Assembly: GCA_963693365.1 (NCBI GenBank)
Contig: CAVNZM010000018.1
Coordinates: forward strand, 1,960,728 to 2,024,727
Direction: 5' to 3'
Length of the DNA stretch: 64,000 nt
From: Amoebidium appalachense
Lineage: Eukaryota; Protista; Ichthyosporea
In this document: piece by piece, positions 1 to 10,454 of the stretch
How positions within the stretch are numbered: position 1 is the stretch's first letter
How the letters are laid out: the number at the start of each line of letters is the position of its first letter
The notes under the pieces: model-generated
What the model was told of the DNA's origin: nothing
Databases searched by the model: none
The model's input: the letters and a program-made list of their open reading frames with translations, nothing else
Made by a program: the position numbers and the translations under genes

Positions 1-108
1 CACAATAGATTGAAGAATAAAATGAGATAAAGGACGCACACACACTGTGACACACACGCGGGTACATGCACGTGAGCACACGCGCACGCGAGCAATGAAC
101 ACACACAC

Positions 109-209
<101 letters not shown>

Positions 210-423
210 GATTTGTGTCCGTCGTCCTCGCATTGAGTAAAGCTACTGTGAGTTCGAAATAAAAACCGCAGGCAGGTTTTATTGATCAGTAAACGAATAG
301 TACTGCAACACCTAATTCATTAAATTGCTGATGTGTGTACGTGAATAATATGCTGTAGATGTACATCCGTATCCGATATCGATAAACTCTGAACGAATTG
401 GCATGAATACAAATACCCCCCTT

Positions 424-462
<39 letters not shown>

Positions 463-789
463 CACACACGCGCGCGCGCGCACAAACCGTTGGGCGCACA
501 CACACAAGAAAAGGAAAAAGTAATAAAAAAAAACAAAAAAACACCAGCGCCAGTATCGCCACTAAAAAAAATTTTTTTTAACCAACCCCACACTATTAAT
601 ACCACCATGCATGCATATGATTGCAATCGGAATCACAACCCCATACATCTATTAGTGTCACAAAAATCTACACCTGCATTGTACGCACTCGTGCACGCTG
701 TGACGCGCAGTCTGACACACGTGAGCATTAAACACATTGACACATACGCGCACACATAGTCATACACGTGTAGACATGCACACACGGTG

Positions 790-846
<57 letters not shown>

Positions 847-1513
847 TCATAAGCACACTCGCACACGTGTGTACCCACACACACACACTCTCACAAACAC
901 GCATACACACAACGTCACCTGTACATCGATGGACATTCACCGACCCATGTCCACCAAGGCCTCCTAAATAGCACATCTATTTAGGAGGCCTTGATGGCCA
1001 CCCCTAGTCAGGCACGTGAATGCCTACACTGACGCGGTACGTGACCGGGCGTGAAACTGGGCCAAATCATCACTGAGCATGCACGTGCGTGTACACACGT
1101 AGCACGTGCATATGTGCACGAGTGACACGTGACGTACGCACGCACACACACACACAGGCACACGTTGCCAGCTGAGCTACGCAATGGTCAAGTGATGTTT
1201 GCAATTGTACCCCTTGCTTGGGTGGTATACACTGTAGTAGTAGACGGGAAAAGAACTATTAATAATAAGAAGAAGAATATTTACAAAATTATATAATCGA
1301 AGCGCGGAAAAAGTGCGTCTTGGCAACGTCCTGGCCTCATATTAGGAAAAATGCAACAACATTCGAAAGTTCTCAAAAGTTCTCCAGTACCAGACCACTG
1401 CGGTGATTCACAAATATGCCATTCAAGAAAGGGTTCGAAACTTATATGTGTTTTTTCTCTAGTCAGGGTAACCTAATACATACTCGTAGCGTCTAAGGGC
1501 GTACCTACTATAT

Positions 1514-4264
1514 AAAACGGAGCGTGCTATCCCTCGGAGCGTGCTATCCCTTTAGCAAGGTATGTCCAAAGTCACACTTTGCGGTTCCCTCAAATATCCC
1601 ATGCCCACAACACCGACTGGGGAGTGGCCTTTTGGCCATCAACCATGTCAAAACTCTCTCTCCCTCCTAACCTCTCTAGGTCATCTGACCACTCTCCTAT
1701 CCTTTTCCTACCTAAGATCTCCCTTGATCTGCTCCCCCCTCCCCCTCCCACCTTTCGCCTCCGTCTATCCCAGCTTAAGTCACAGTGGGGTAGAGTTGAT
1801 GTATGTGTATGCTATGCTACGAAACACCCTATATATATGCGCCTATTAGAATCTGCACAAGCCAGGCCAGATTCACATCTCGTACTAGATACATGCACTA
1901 ACTTTATTGTTGATGATTTGATAGATCTCGGTGATTATGCTGGCGGTGGTAGGAAGGAATATCCCGATGCTCTCTTGTTACCAAACACCACTCCCGCTAG
2001 ACTAGGTGAACCCCTGTCTCAAAAGGAAAGCTTGCGCCGGCTTGCTAGTATGAATCGATTTGGCCCCCCTGCTCGTATTATTGGTGATACCACTGGAGAC
2101 CCCCTCATAGACTCTGATAAGTATTTCTCGGAACTGTTTAAAGATAGGACCCCCGCTCAGAAACCTATTGTGTGGCCTGTAGACCCATCTATCCCCATAG
2201 AATCGATCCTCCCCTTTTTCAGTCCCGATGCCATATGGTCTGTGATATCTAGTTATAGCTCTAGTAAGTCTTGTGGACCTGATGGACTCCCTGCTGGGTT
2301 TCTTAAAATCCTTGTTCCCTCCTACCCACAAAAGGAAAGTGATCGTGCTATTAAACCTGATCTTACTATCATGTTAAGCTCTCTCTTTTCTTGGTGTGTT
2401 AAATGTGGACATGTCCCGTCATCTTGGTTAGATACCTTAGTGATCCCCATAGTTAAGAAGGACTCTGAGGGCCCCATATCATCCTTTCGCCCCATTACAC
2501 TAACCCAGGTTGTTCGTAGATTCTTTGAAGCTTGCTTACTTAGGTTATTTGCACATCACCCTAGGTTTCAATCTATTCTTCACATACACCCATGCCAATC
2601 CGCTTTTCGTAAAAACAATTCATGTTATGTTCAAATAATGGCACTGCACGATTCTATGCAAGTTGGTGCACAATATGTTGGCTTTATTGATTGGAAAACT
2701 GCTTACGATTCTGTCTCCCCTGGTCTCCTATGGGAAAAGCTTGCTGCACGGGGTGTACCACACTGCATTGGTGTTCTGTTAGAAGCACTCTTGTCTCAAA
2801 CCTATGGTAGAGCTGTGGTTAATGGGCATCTTTCATATGGTTTTGCTCGTACTAGAGGTCTCTTGCAGGGTTCATTGCTTAGCCCCTTTTTGTTTAACCT
2901 ATTTATAGATGATTTGGCTGTCAAGATTTACGCCGAAAACGATGACCCTATTAATAACTTTCCGCCTGCACTTCTCTATGCTGATGATCTGTCCCTCCTT
3001 GCCCGTACCCCTAGACGCCTGCAAAGATTGTTCGATGTAGTGTCAGAGTGGTGCAAGGCAAACCTTATGATCCTTAACATAGACAAATGTGGTGTTCTTG
3101 TACCTGATATAGCTAACAATTTACACACATTTACATTATCATCTAAACCTGTACCTATAGTTCCAGAATACAAATATCTTGGTGTTCCGGTTGATTCTGT
3201 TGGTGTTATGTTTCCCCATATGGTCGAAAAGAGGGTAGAGTTGGCTCGTAAGCGGTTAGCTTTCTTCTCGGCTAATATTTTTAAAGACACACCCCTCCAT
3301 CCTTCTATTAGACTTACATTTATTCGCACTTTTGTCTTCCCGGCATGTGAATATGGTTTACCCCTTCTCGCCGCTTGGATCAAGAAAGAGAGAACTAGAG
3401 CGCTTAAACCCTTGGCAAATTTCCTTGAAGCAGAAGTTGCCTCCTTTCTATCTAACAACTGTTGTAAACCTGGGCCTGTAACGCTCTCGATATATGGTCT
3501 GGTCCCAATAGCTGCTAGAGTATCCTATCTCGCGCTGAAATTCAATAAGCACATAAGCCGCTTAAAGAAGTATTTGCCCTCCCACCCTCTCTTCTCTATC
3601 CGACCTGTCCCCTCCTCACCTCTCCCCTCTTTCCTCCCCTCTCTCTCCCCTTCTCCCCTGGGCACAAATACAAATAAACCCCGCAATAGTGTGTGTGTGA
3701 CTTTGGACTGCCACTTACTTATTAAACATGTACACAATCACAAGATAATCACGCAATATAACAAATGGAAAAAGATACCACACGACACTAGACCCGATGA
3801 AAGCATACACCTTGAAAAACTAAGCCTTATGTCTCGTTTTATATATACTGACCGCCTCAACCATATTGCCAAATATGGCACTCGCAAGTGTATAACACCT
3901 AAATACATATTACCTTCCTGTAGAACTGGTCTTTCTCTAGCTGATGGTATTATTGATCAATTACCACGCTTTTACTGTACACGTGCTATACAGTGGAGAT
4001 CTAATAAGTATAAGGTGGCATCATTTGCATGCCCAAACAACACACACACACACCAGTTTAACCGGTCATGTATCGCCAAATGTAGTTTGATAGACCACAT
4101 AATACCGCAACACACACACGTCACATTCACAACAGACACCCAGAAAGATAGCCTACCTGTAAATTACAACATCCTTGATTTTATACTAAACACGCGTAAC
4201 TACGACCTGTTTATTAGATGTATTGATTGGCTTGAGAAACACATCACTACAAAATTATAGCGCA

Positions 4265-4331
<67 letters not shown>

Positions 4332-4363
4332 CCAGCTGATACCGAGTGTCCCGAGGGGAGCCC

Positions 4364-4427
<64 letters not shown>

Positions 4428-4429
4428 GG
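1514..4429 (+). mobile_element. 5'-truncated non-LTR retrotransposon (LINE), apparently recent insertion
   Basis: RT ORF followed by (CA)n 4269-4330, a short hairpin AGGGGAGCCCCT and poly(A) 4368-4426. Candidate TSD AAAACGG at 1514-1520 and 4423-4429. A 17-bp tandem duplication sits at the 5' junction (1518-1551). Confidence 0.85.
1579..4260 (+). CDS. Non-LTR reverse transcriptase (ORF2-like): C-terminal remnant of APE endonuclease, RT domain, Cys-rich C-terminus
   Basis: Uninterrupted 893-codon frame. Motifs: SDHSPI (APE end), SCGPDG, FRPITL, QSAFRK, FIDWKTAYDSV, GLLQGSLLSPFLFNLFIDDL, LLYADD, NIDKC, YKYLGV. The first in-frame ATG is at 1645; the listed TTG start is probably not a real start. 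Confidence 0.92.
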   Translation: MRFPQISHAHNTDWGVAFWPSTMSKLSLPPNLSRSSDHSPILFLPKISLDLLPPPPPTFRLRLSQLKSQWGRVDVCVCYATKHPIYMRLLESAQARPDSHLVLDTCTNFIVDDLIDLGDYAGGGRKEYPDALLLPNTTPARLGEPLSQKESLRRLASMNRFGPPARIIGDTTGDPLIDSDKYFSELFKDRTPAQKPIVWPVDPSIPIESILPFFSPDAIWSVISSYSSSKSCGPDGLPAGFLKILVPSYPQKESDRAIKPDLTIMLSSLFSWCVKCGHVPSSWLDTLVIPIVKKDSEGPISSFRPITLTQVVRRFFEACLLRLFAHHPRFQSILHIHPCQSAFRKNNSCYVQIMALHDSMQVGAQYVGFIDWKTAYDSVSPGLLWEKLAARGVPHCIGVLLEALLSQTYGRAVVNGHLSYGFARTRGLLQGSLLSPFLFNLFIDDLAVKIYAENDDPINNFPPALLYADDLSLLARTPRRLQRLFDVVSEWCKANLMILNIDKCGVLVPDIANNLHTFTLSSKPVPIVPEYKYLGVPVDSVGVMFPHMVEKRVELARKRLAFFSANIFKDTPLHPSIRLTFIRTFVFPACEYGLPLLAAWIKKERTRALKPLANFLEAEVASFLSNNCCKPGPVTLSIYGLVPIAARVSYLALKFNKHISRLKKYLPSHPLFSIRPVPSSPLPSFLPSLSPSPLGTNTNKPRNSVCVTLDCHLLIKHVHNHKIITQYNKWKKIPHDTRPDESIHLEKLSLMSRFIYTDRLNHIAKYGTRKCITPKYILPSCRTGLSLADGIIDQLPRFYCTRAIQWRSNKYKVASFACPNNTHTHQFNRSCIAKCSLIDHIIPQHTHVTFTTDTQKDSLPVNYNILDFILNTRNYDLFIRCIDWLEKHITTKL

Positions 4430-4623
4430 GGAACCCCAACTAATTGATTTCTCCTTGTAGTCTTTATGGTGTCTCGTAGAGAAAGTAAACCCTGATATAT
4501 AGTCACCACTCGACATCTATGTACGTGATCATGATATACCGCTGAGGGGATATTCCGAGCAAAACCCCCCCCCCCCATACCTGAGACTGGTTCTCTTTGC
4601 CTCGAGTAAACAGCGTAAACCCC
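4427..4623 (-). repeat. ~197-bp dispersed repeat, copy 1 (near-identical copy at 59329-59524)
   Basis: The reverse complement matches 59329-59524 (GGGGTTTACGCTGTTTACTCGAGG...AATTAGTTGGGGTTCCCCG) with only a few differences. Confidence 0.9.
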
Positions 4624-4984
4624 CTATGTTGTATAGACTCTGGCACAGGCATCCAAAAAAATAGGTAATGCCGGATCAACCAATCACAATGCTCCTCTGC
4701 ACCACGAAGACGGTCTTCGAGATCTTCAGTACTTTCACTAAGTGGCTCCCTAAACCAAACGTCATGCAAGACATGTTGGTAGAAGGAAGACACATTTTCA
4801 GGAAGACACAGTACTGACTGGGCTTGTAAATATCTGAATCGCTAATTTTTTTGTTTCACTAATTCCTTAAAAAGGATTGGGTCGAGGAGAACCCTGGGTA
4901 AAATGAATACTAAGTGTATTGCAATATTGTGTATCCGGATTTTTTAAATTTTTGCTCATTCAGGTTGTCCGATGTATTTTTGGG

Positions 4985-6346
4985 GTTTACACACTTTGTA
5001 TTGCGTGGACATTGCCGGAGGCCCAGCCACATTCGACGGCCTACTGCGTTTTCCAGCACAGCCAATCCAAATGCAGCCAGTGACATATGGACATGCTAGG
5101 CAACAATGAGCGCCATCGTATTGTCCGATGTCGAGATAATGAGGCCAGACTGGCCACTGTGGCCAGCAAGGACTGGACCTGTGTGATCGGCTCGCCGCCG
5201 GGGGCTCGTCGGCCGTTGGTATGCGGCCAAATTCCTCGTATCAGTTCAACGATCTGCCTGGCCGGGCCCATCGCCACCCCGACGAGCCTGTCGGCCATAA
5301 AATGAGGTGTCGATTTCCATGAAATTCCATCCCGTCAGGGCTCGTCGCCAGTTAACGCTGATTGGCTAAAAGTTTTGGCGCGCTTAACATTGATTGGCTG
5401 TTTTTGGCGGCAGAGTTCACGCAGCCTTCATAAAGCAGCGACGCTGGCGGTTGGATGGAAAGTGGATGGAAAGTGATTTCTGCCTGCATTGCGCTCATTA
5501 TTAAAAAACGTGTGGGAACCTCAAACCCGTCAAAAACCACAGTCCCACCAAACTCTTCAGACACCCAAGCGGCCCTAGCTATGGAAACCAAGGCCTGAGA
5601 GTTCTGTAAAGCCATGTTATAGCCGGCATTTACCAGAGCCGTAACAAACCCTTCCAACAACAGCAAACATGATTGAGCAGCTGATGTTATAAACAGCATG
5701 TACAGCTTTACAAGCTCTTCTTCTGAGGGTGGCCACATTTTCTACTAATTTCTCGCCCACTTCGAAAGATGCTGAGAAAAAAACTGAAAAAACTGAGACA
5801 AAAGAAAATCTGAAAATAGAAAAAACGTTCCCGAAAATGTGACAGGCCCGGCTGGGCCGCCGAGCTTGACCGGCCCGTGGCTCACGCATCTGTCCTGCCG
5901 ACAGGCTGGGCGGAGGCGCCGCCGGGCCCATCGACATCTGGCCCGGGCAGCGGGCTGATCACACAGGTCCACTGTAAGGGTGACTTTGGCTGTAACTACA
6001 TAATATCGTGTAAGTTAGTTTCATTTTTGCCTGAAGACTCTCTTTTGGCAGCGTATACTTTTTGATGGCGTAACTTACCTAATAAGAAAACTCTGGAAAA
6101 AACGCGCAGGCCCTTGGATTCGAAGGGGCATGCAGCTGCATATATTGTAGTTACTGTAGCCTAACTTCAAGGCCTTGGCTGCTCCTGTGAAAGTTTTGGC
6201 TGTTGTCCCCCCAGATCCTCCAGATGTTCGGCAGGGGTGCAAACCTTCGATCCGCTCTATTTTTTTTGGCTGCGCTGGAAAACGCAGTAGGCCGTCGAAT
6301 GTGGCTGGGCCTCCGGCAGTGTCCACGCAATAAAAAGTGTGTAAAC
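4985..6346. mobile_element. Non-autonomous TIR element with 81-bp inverted repeats
   Basis: 4985-5065 and 6266-6346 are reverse complements with 3 mismatches. The interior has GC-rich GGCCCG/GGGCTCGTCG motifs. No transposase or TSD seen. A third copy of the end lies at 37632-37775. Confidence 0.7.
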
Positions 6347-6820
6347 AATAATGTTCGGTGACGAGCCGAGCGGTCGAGAGTGGTCGGGGTTCAAAAAATA
6401 TAAAGTTGCGCCATAGCCCCTTTAGCGAGGCAACTTGCATGCCCGGCCCACTATACTGATGATTACTTATGAATTTTGTTATATATATATGAAGAAAGTC
6501 TTGTTTTTATACACACACGTGCACACAGGCACTTCTTATCACTGCATGTAGACACAGGGACAAAGTATGGAAAGCATGCTACCAAGCTGACTGGTGATGT
6601 TCCTGTGCTTACCAGCACACTGATTCTTGTTTCCAAGTGAGCAAACCTAGGTCATCCTTTCCCGTAACAAACATCACACACAAGGTTGAACTTCCCCTTT
6701 CAAAAAAGTCAAGACCATTACCGTGTGTCTGTAGCCGCATAGTAAACCCTTTTATAGAACGTTTATTGCCTATATCACAGGTTAGAGCAGTCATTGAACA
6801 AGCGCAGAAATTCTCAAAGA

Positions 6821-8329
6821 ATGGCCGGCATCCCACACCCATTCGATGGCCAGAGTGACTGCCAGGTTGAAAAATTGCCACCGGAGGATCCACAACATGC
6901 TGCCAACACACACACACCGCCACCACTTTTCACCCCTGAGCTTCCGACACCAAAGAAATCACACCTCGTAGTGATCTCTTCACAAGACGAGCATGGCAAT
7001 TGCAACATACCTACCACACAAAATTCATTCGTTGACACCACACCCGCTTCACGTGAACTGCTAGATGACGACTGCTTTCCTGGAGAAAATGCCGCTTTCC
7101 GAAACAGAAACCCAGGACGTAAAATTTGCGCCACGGGCTTGCTCGTTGTTGTCATCGGAGCACTTACATCCGTTCTCATCTACAACCTGCAAAGGAAATG
7201 TGTCGACGAAGGCCACTGTTCGTTGGGAATTTCAAAGAAATCTGACCCGAACGAGACTTACCCGGAATCGCAGAAAGGGCTCGACTATACAGCACTAGCT
7301 TTGGGCGCGCTTTTGTTCGTGCAAATGGTAGTCATGACGACATACTACTGGACGAATAAGGACGCGAGATTACACAGCAGGTGGACGGGGCTTCTCCCAT
7401 TTTCACTGATTGCACCCATGTTGTTGGGCCACTCATGGCAGCTGTACATCTACGGGCTCGTAGGGGTTTCATCGACAGGGGCCTTTACACTACACAGCAT
7501 TATTGAAATATCCCCAGTCCTATATTTGATCGTTTTTAGTATTCCTTACTATATGTGCAAATTGCTCATCATTGCACCTGTGACGTTCCGTCTCATGCGC
7601 ATCGCCATCGTGTATTTTGGGCGGCCGCAGATATTCCCAAAATTGCGCTGGATATACCCGTGGGAATTCACATCGGTGCGCCTATGGGCCACGTGGCTAC
7701 CACGTGTTTTCTACGCGTTGTGTCTTTCTTTGGTGATAGTCCAAATTTCGCTGGATCTCGCGTTCAACCTTCTCGATTTCGACAATCCCGACGACAGCGT
7801 CTTTGAAAGAGCGGACACATATGCGTATTTTCTCGGACTGTTGTACTCCGTGTTTGTTTATTTCTTCGTCGTCATGGATATATTGCTGCTCCTAATGCTT
7901 TCAATTATGCGTAAAGATCTGCGGCAGGTGCATCTCAAACAGACAAACAGCCTCTTCCTATTGAGTGTTCTTTACATTGTGAGCAACTCGTACGCGTTTA
8001 TTCAAAGATATGTCCTCGGGGGGTTAACCGGGGTGTGGGCTCTATTTGTGCTGCGCGTACTTCACGCATTTCTTGTTTCCGTCTACTCCATGTACGCAAT
8101 GTACTGTGTGCACCGAGCCGGTAGGGCGTATGGTACTACGGGGGAAGTCGCCGGCACAAACACGAACACGAACACGAACGCTACAAATCTATCCATCAAC
8201 CCCATGCCTTTTGGGGTCCAAGGGTATGTCTTCGAGGGAGTCGCATCTCTTCCGCCTACTGCGACAAGGGGGTCCAAGTTGAAATTTTCGCAACAAAGTG
8301 TGTCGTCGGGGGCAGGGAAGATGCGATGA
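6821..8329 (+). CDS. Intronless multi-pass membrane protein (~502 aa, about 8 TM), GPCR-like
   Basis: Long clean ORF with ATG at 6821. A hydrophilic N-terminus is followed by one hydrophobic helix (ICATGLLVVVIGALTSVLIYNL) and then seven more hydrophobic segments. The family assignment is inference. Confidence 0.8.
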   Translation: MAGIPHPFDGQSDCQVEKLPPEDPQHAANTHTPPPLFTPELPTPKKSHLVVISSQDEHGNCNIPTTQNSFVDTTPASRELLDDDCFPGENAAFRNRNPGRKICATGLLVVVIGALTSVLIYNLQRKCVDEGHCSLGISKKSDPNETYPESQKGLDYTALALGALLFVQMVVMTTYYWTNKDARLHSRWTGLLPFSLIAPMLLGHSWQLYIYGLVGVSSTGAFTLHSIIEISPVLYLIVFSIPYYMCKLLIIAPVTFRLMRIAIVYFGRPQIFPKLRWIYPWEFTSVRLWATWLPRVFYALCLSLVIVQISLDLAFNLLDFDNPDDSVFERADTYAYFLGLLYSVFVYFFVVMDILLLLMLSIMRKDLRQVHLKQTNSLFLLSVLYIVSNSYAFIQRYVLGGLTGVWALFVLRVLHAFLVSVYSMYAMYCVHRAGRAYGTTGEVAGTNTNTNTNATNLSINPMPFGVQGYVFEGVASLPPTATRGSKLKFSQQSVSSGAGKMR

Positions 8330-9063
8330 GTTCACACGCGGGATATTCGCGAGACGGGTTAACGACCCGACCCGGTGGCCAAAAACGAGAAATGAGCGCG
8401 AGAACGAAGAATGGTACGACATGTGCTGAGCCAACCAACGAGCGTGTATTGGAAGTTAGGAATGCGAGCTCATCCAATTAGATTGGAGTGTGAAACACTC
8501 AGATACTACTAATATTGAGTGTAGGATTTGTCTGTGTGCGCTTGTGTGTATTGGGTGAAGCAGAAGGGGGGGGGGGGGGGGGGGGGGGTAAGGGGAGATC
8601 AGACAGCAAATAATAATTGTGTATTTAGAAACGTTGTAAAGGTCGTGATTGTTCTTTGGGTTGTTTCTTCCACGCAATATCTGGGTATATGAAAGTATGG
8701 TGCACAAGACTGCGCGATATTGAGTTCAAATATTCTTAATTATAGTTTAACTTTTAGTTTTAGTTCTTCTTTAAATTAGTTTTGTATATTCAATTCTGCA
8801 ACTAGCGGATATTGTCTGTGTGCACGGTATTGGCACATGTTAACCGCAGTGTATAGACTGGTGTTTTTTAGAAAAAAGTTCGATTGATTGGTTTTACTAC
8901 TGAAAGCCTATTGGTCCCTTTTAGCTGTGTTCTGACAATGGATGCAGTAAAAAGAAGGCACTACAGCTACCAAAGATGGTGTGTGCGCATGTGGGCTCTT
9001 GAGTACACACACACACACACCAAAAAAAAAAAAAACACGCCCACATGCTGGGACATACGCGCA

Positions 9064-9110
<47 letters not shown>

Positions 9111-9388
9111 TACCCTCTACACATACACAAACACCATTGCAACAAAACCAACACCCAAGGTAGAACTCGAGAGTCTCGAAAGAAAATCCGTCAGAAAAAA
9201 AGCAGAAGATTGAAACTTTGAATCGAATGGATGTAAATACGACAAGCAGCTGGACAGATAAAACTGGATTTTATTCTGTTTAAGAGAAAAAATTCCCATA
9301 TCTAATTTTCGGCCTCCTCTCGCTTTCTTTTTGTTCAGTCCACATGTCCCCATGATCCGCGGCTGCATATTTTCCCCTGACCTTCGGC

Positions 9389-9419
<31 letters not shown>

Positions 9420-9499
9420 ACACACACACACCCAACCACCCCACCAAAAGAGAAAAAAACAAAATCATTGACACCCATCCACACACACACACACGTGTA

Positions 9500-10174
9500 C
9501 AGATCGGGGAGAGAGCAGAAAAAGGATACTGAAGTAGGTGTTGGGGTGTGTGAGGCTGTGGTGGTGGGTGTGGGTGGGTGTGTGGGGAAGTGGGTGGATA
9601 CCGGTGTGTGTGTGTGTGAGCGGGGGGGTGGCGTAGCTACCATAGTGCCACACGGTGTGTTTGTTTGTGTGTTTTTCTGTGTGCTTGTGTGTGCATGCAT
9701 GTGATGTGTGCATGCGTGGGTGTGTTTGGTAGGTTGTGAATGATGATGTGTGTTTGGGTATGTGGGTGTGTCGGTGTGTGTGTGTGTGTGTGTGTGTTTG
9801 TGTATGTGTGTGTATGTGTGTGTGTGTACGTGTGTGTGTGTGTGTGTGCGCGCGTGTAGTGTGCACGTACGCTCGTCCGGGCTTGTGTTTTGTGGGTGCT
9901 TGTGTGTATTTTGCCACAGGGGTTGGAATGCGGCTAGAAAGGCGAATTGATCGTTTTAAGCAATGTTATTATTCATTAATTATTATTATCATCATTATTA
10001 TTATTGGGGGGGGGGGGGGGGGGGGGGGAGGGGGGGGGGGTGGGGGGGGGGGGGGAGGGGGCGGTGGGGGGGGGGGGGGAGGGGGGGGGCATTCTATATT
10101 GCTGGGAGGTGTTAATGGGTAGGTGGATGCCAGAGTGAGCTCGACGGTGTGTGTGTGTGTTTGTTGAGGGATGG

Positions 10175-10212
<38 letters not shown>

Positions 10213-10454
10213 GGGGGGGGGGGAGAGGGGAGGGGAAGGGGGGTGGAGAGTGTTTTTTTTTTTTTTTTTTTTTTTTTTTGGGGGGGGGGGGGGGGTTGTA
10301 TACTTTCGTTGGTGTCGTTGGTGTTGAAAGCGAAATTGAGTAGTTTGGTAGGGGGGTAGGTAGACTTCGCAGTATGACAGACCCCCCCCCCCCCCCCCGC
10401 ACACACATACACGAAAAAAAACCCCTTCTCTATCTCCCCCGCTTTTCTTCATCT
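9500..10454 (+). repeat. Outer island of the large inverted duplication, left copy (partner 39600-40448)
   Basis: Unique blocks such as AGATCGGGGAGAGAGCAGAAAAAGGATACTGAAG and GGAATGCGGCTAGAAAGGCGAATTGATCG recur as reverse complements, in colinear order. Confidence 0.9.

Noticed and set aside
1579-4260. Telomerase, Penelope-like, group II intron, retron or DGR-type RT
   Set aside because: The motif set (GPDG, FRPI, QxxFR, QGSxLSP, YADD, YKYLG), the APE remnant and the poly(A) tail fit an APE-type non-LTR element. I saw no template/variable repeat pair or GIY-YIG domain.
4330-5065. Hammerhead or HDV-like ribozyme in the LINE 3' UTR or the 81-bp repeat
   Set aside because: I could not place the CUGANGA/GAAA core or the nested HDV pseudoknot by eye. 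An Infernal/Rfam scan would be needed.
5352-5738. 128-aa ORF inside the TIR element as a transposase
   Set aside because: No DDE, zinc-finger or HTH motif is recognisable. It may be captured sequence or chance.
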